A stretch of 64,000 nt of DNA from Macrostomum lignano. Lineage: Eukaryota. Position 1 is the first letter of the stretch, and each line of letters opens with the position of its first letter. The position numbers and the translations under genes are program-made. The notes beneath the pieces are model-generated. The model did no database searches and was not told where the DNA came from. It was given only the letters and a program-made list of their open reading frames with translations. Location: assembly GCA_002269645.1 (NCBI GenBank), contig NIVC01000594.1, forward strand, positions 124,001 through 188,000. The letters are read 5' to 3'. Positions 60,622-64,000 of this stretch are shown here, in pieces.

Positions 60622-61179
60622 GCAGGTTATTATTGGCAAAATAAGCATAAAGGATGAGCTCATCAGATTAAATCACCAGTTAGTACCAATTCGAAAAAAT
60701 ATAATATTTGCTATAACTACGAGTAACATACAGAGAACAAGTTTAAGTTTTCTACTCGACCTACAAGTAAAAATGCCACGACAGATTGAATTCAGGGTCG
60801 GTAAATAATCGGCAGAAAGAAAATGTTCTCTTTCAACAAACGTGGAAATTAATTACTGGGACCGCTGCCCGACCCTCCCCCCCCGCTGACCCACCCACCT
60901 GCAAAAGCCATTTTTAGCACCACAGGACGGCAGGGAGGACTTAAACTCAAATAATAATGGCTACTGCATATAATAAATATAGCTGAGACTTATGGGGTCC
61001 ACGGCCGATTGAAGTCTACCGCTGTGGGTACATGCATGGCCTTGTTGGAGAGCGGCGCAGCCTGTTCCACTAATTCCGTGAACTGCTTTGATTCTCTCTG
61101 TGACCTCTTTCTCCATTGCTTTTCCTTCTCACTTTTACCTTTGTTCTCCCATATATACTCTTGTACTCTATCCTTATCC

Positions 61180-61770
61180 ACTCCACTCTCCCCTCTCCAC
61201 TCTCCCCTCTCCACTCCACTCTCCCCTCTATCCTCTCCATACTCTCCCCTCTACCCTCTCCACTCTCCCCTCTACCCTCTCCCATCTACTCTTCCCTCTC
61301 CACTCCATTCTCCCCTCTATCCTCTCCACTCTCCCCTCTATCCTCTCCACTCTCCCCTCTATCCTCTCCACTCTCCCCTCTATCCTCTCCACTCTCCCCT
61401 CTATCCTCTCCCCTCTCCTCTCTATCCTCTCCACTCTCCCCTCTATCCTCTCCACTCTCCCCTCTATCCTCTCCCCTCTCCTCTCTATCCTCTCCACTCT
61501 CCTCTCTATCCTCTCCACTCTCCCCTCTATCCTCTCCACTCTCCCCTCTATCCTCTCCCCTCTCCTCTCTATCCTCTCCACTCTCCCCTCTATCCTCTCC
61601 ACTCTCCCCTCTATCCTCTCCACTCTCCCCTCTATCCTCTCCCCTCTCCTCTCTATCCTCTCCATACTCTCCCCTCTATCCTCTCCCATCTACTCTTCCC
61701 TCTCCACTCCATTCTCCCCTCTATCCACTCCACTCTCCCCTCTACTCACTCTATTCTCCCCTCTACCATC
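61180..61770. repeat. CT-rich minisatellite, about 21-bp unit
   Basis: ctctcccctctatcctctcca. Confidence 0.9.
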
Positions 61771-62475
61771 TCACCTCTACTCTCACACTTTTCATTCGAT
61801 TTTTCTCCCCAGACTTTCCCGACAATCACCGTGACAACCAACTCTCGGACAAGACCACATGTAGAGATGCAGTTTTTTCAATATTAAAAAAATTTAAGCA
61901 TAAAACGCTTGCCCTGTACACTTGCTACGCAGATGTTACAATATTTCCACACTTGACTTGCCCATAGGCATCATAGAAATGCAATACGAATATGCTTTAG
62001 CGAATCTGATACAGTATACTCTACAATCCATGCTCTTGAAATTTATTCGCTAACTTCACTGTAACATTTATGATTCATTATACCGTTAAAATCTCAAAAT
62101 TCGTTAAATTCTAACTTAGCAACCAACCAGGAAGCTGTGAACTATGAACGGCATAGTTACCTCTCACTCACTAGAAAAAAAACTTCATGAGAGAGATAGC
62201 CCAATCAGATAAGTGAAACTGACTGGAAAAGTCATTCTAGTCTAGCGACATCATGTTCGAAGAACAACGCATGATAGGAATCCTAGCCTGCATGAAGATT
62301 TTATTCGGTATTTTTTCAACAAAAAATTTTTGTTAACCATCTATAACAAGTAGCGGAACTGAGGAAAATATGTTCATTTAACATATGCGATACAATATTC
62401 ATTAGCCATGATTTTTTTAACTGATTTATTGCAAATAAAAAAGCCGATGATGCTTATCATTGTCTGAGGAAGGTT

Positions 62476-62972
62476 GGAAGAGAGGAGAGAGGAGAGGGGA
62501 AGAGAGGAGGGAGAGGAGAGGAGAGGAGAGGAGAGGAGAGGAGAGGAGAGGAGAGAGGAGAGGAAAGGAGAGGAGAGGAAAGGAGAGGAGAGGAGAGGAG
62601 AGGAGAGGAGAGGAGAGGAGAGGAGAGGAGAGGAGAGGAGAGGAGAGGAGAGGAGAGGAGAGGAGAGGAGAGGAGAGGAGAGGAGAGGAGAGGAGAGGAG
62701 AGGAGAGGAGAGGAAAGGAGAGGAAAGGAGAGGAGAGGAAAGGAGAGGAAAGGAGAGGAAAGGAGAGGAGAGGAAAGGAGAGGAAAGGAGAGGAAAGGAG
62801 AGGAGAGGAAAGGAGAGGAAAGGAGAGGAGAGGAGAGGAGAGGAGAGGAGAGGAGAGGAGAGGAGAGGAGAGGAGAGGAGAGGAGAGGAGAGGAGAGGAG
62901 AGGAGAGGAGAGGAGAGGAGAGGAGAGGAGAGGAGAGGAGAGGAGAGGAGAGGAAAAGAGAGGAGAGGAGAC
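62476..62972. repeat. (GAGGA)n microsatellite
   Basis: Direct reading. Confidence 0.97.
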
Positions 62973-63604
62973 AGTAGAGATAAGATCTGACCTCAATAAA
63001 AGATTGCCTAAAACGCACTGCACAAGTTGTACATTGTACAAGATAGTAAACGAGCTCTCTAATAAAAGTTAACAAAATTAGTGCCTACAAAATTTACAGC
63101 ATAAATTGTACATTGAACTCAATTATATTTTTATGGCATAGGAGGCTTATTTTCAAGACGACGGCAAAGTTCAAAGGAGTCGCCTCCGCGGCCAGCCAAG
63201 ATCAATTGCCCAGTTGTAATTTACTCTTGGGTTCAGGTTGTAAAACTGGCTTATGACGAGGCATATAAATAAAATTAGAGCATATTCCATGAGAGAATTT
63301 GCTCAACCAAGTTTATCAGGAGCGGCCATGTCAAGCCAATGAAGCTAAGATAACTTTGTAAATTATTTTACAGGTGCAGTAATTTACTAGCAATAAAAAT
63401 AGGTTGAGATCAAATTAATACTTATGACAGTTTAAAACAAGTGCTTGACGGACCGTCACGCACCTACAACAACTGGACTTCGAGGCACTCAATATGGTCA
63501 GGACCGCTGTGTGTGTCAGGGGAATGGAAATGGCTGCTGGCCTCCTTGCTGGCTGCGGGTCCAATGTGTCGCTATTGATTTGCGGCAGCCAAAATCCGTG
63601 ACAT

Positions 63605-64000
63605 CTCCCCTCCTTGCCTCTCCCTTGGCCCTCCCCCTCTCCCCTGGCTCCCCTGGCCCTCCTCCTCTCCCCTGGCCCTCTCCCTCTCCCCTGGCCCTCT
63701 CCCCTCTCCCCTGGCCCTCTCCCCTCTCCCCTGGCCCTCCCCCTCTCCCCTGGCCCTCTCCCTCTCCTCTGAGTCTTCTCTCTCCTCCCCCTCTCCCCTC
63801 TCCTCTCTCTTCTCTCCCCGTCTCCTCTCTCTCCTCTCCTCTCTCCCCTCTCCTCTCTCTCTCCTCTCCCCTCTCTTCTCTCCCCCTCCTCTAGCCCTCT
63901 CCTCTCTCCTCCTCTCCTCTCTCTCCTCTCTCTCTCCTCTCCCCTCTCTTCTCTCCCCCTCCTCTAGCCCTCTCCTCTCTCCTCCTCTCCTCTCTCTCCT
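63605..64000. repeat. CT-rich low-complexity repeat
   Basis: Direct reading; runs off the window end. Confidence 0.9.

Noticed and set aside
60990-63600. Possible exon fragments of a further minus-strand gene (about 60990-61105, 61790-61870, 63470-63570)
   Set aside because: I could not build a phase-consistent model or recognise a product.

Overview
Intron-rich animal genomic DNA with GC-rich exons and many micro/minisatellites, mostly intronic. The repeat style suggests a flatworm such as Macrostomum, which is an inference only. Left to right: (1) a CMC/EnSpm(CACTA)-type DNA transposon with an intronless transposase and a 6-exon BEN-domain partner gene; (2) a 4-exon mitochondrial tryptophanyl-tRNA synthetase; (3) a 3-exon low-complexity gene ending in a Cys/Gly-rich domain; (4) hAT-like MITEs; (5) a 5'-truncated RTE-like LINE beside an apparently intronless caspase; (6) after an N gap, a head-to-tail tandem of a Ty3/gypsy LTR retrotransposon sharing one LTR; (7) a 7-exon LRR-Ig cell-surface gene; (8) NeuroD; (9) a repeat-rich tail with no supportable gene. 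Top finding: the complete gypsy copy carries an intact, intronless J-domain (DnaJ/Hsp40, HPD motif) ORF in the env position, between the pol stop and the PPT/3' LTR. The element also has a tRNA-Lys(UUU) PBS and a G-GGA-AAC slippery site with a predicted pseudoknot for -1 gag-pol frameshifting. Many single-base losses in homopolymers near the gap look like long-read consensus errors, so pseudogene calls are tentative. All analysis was by eye; no database searches were run.
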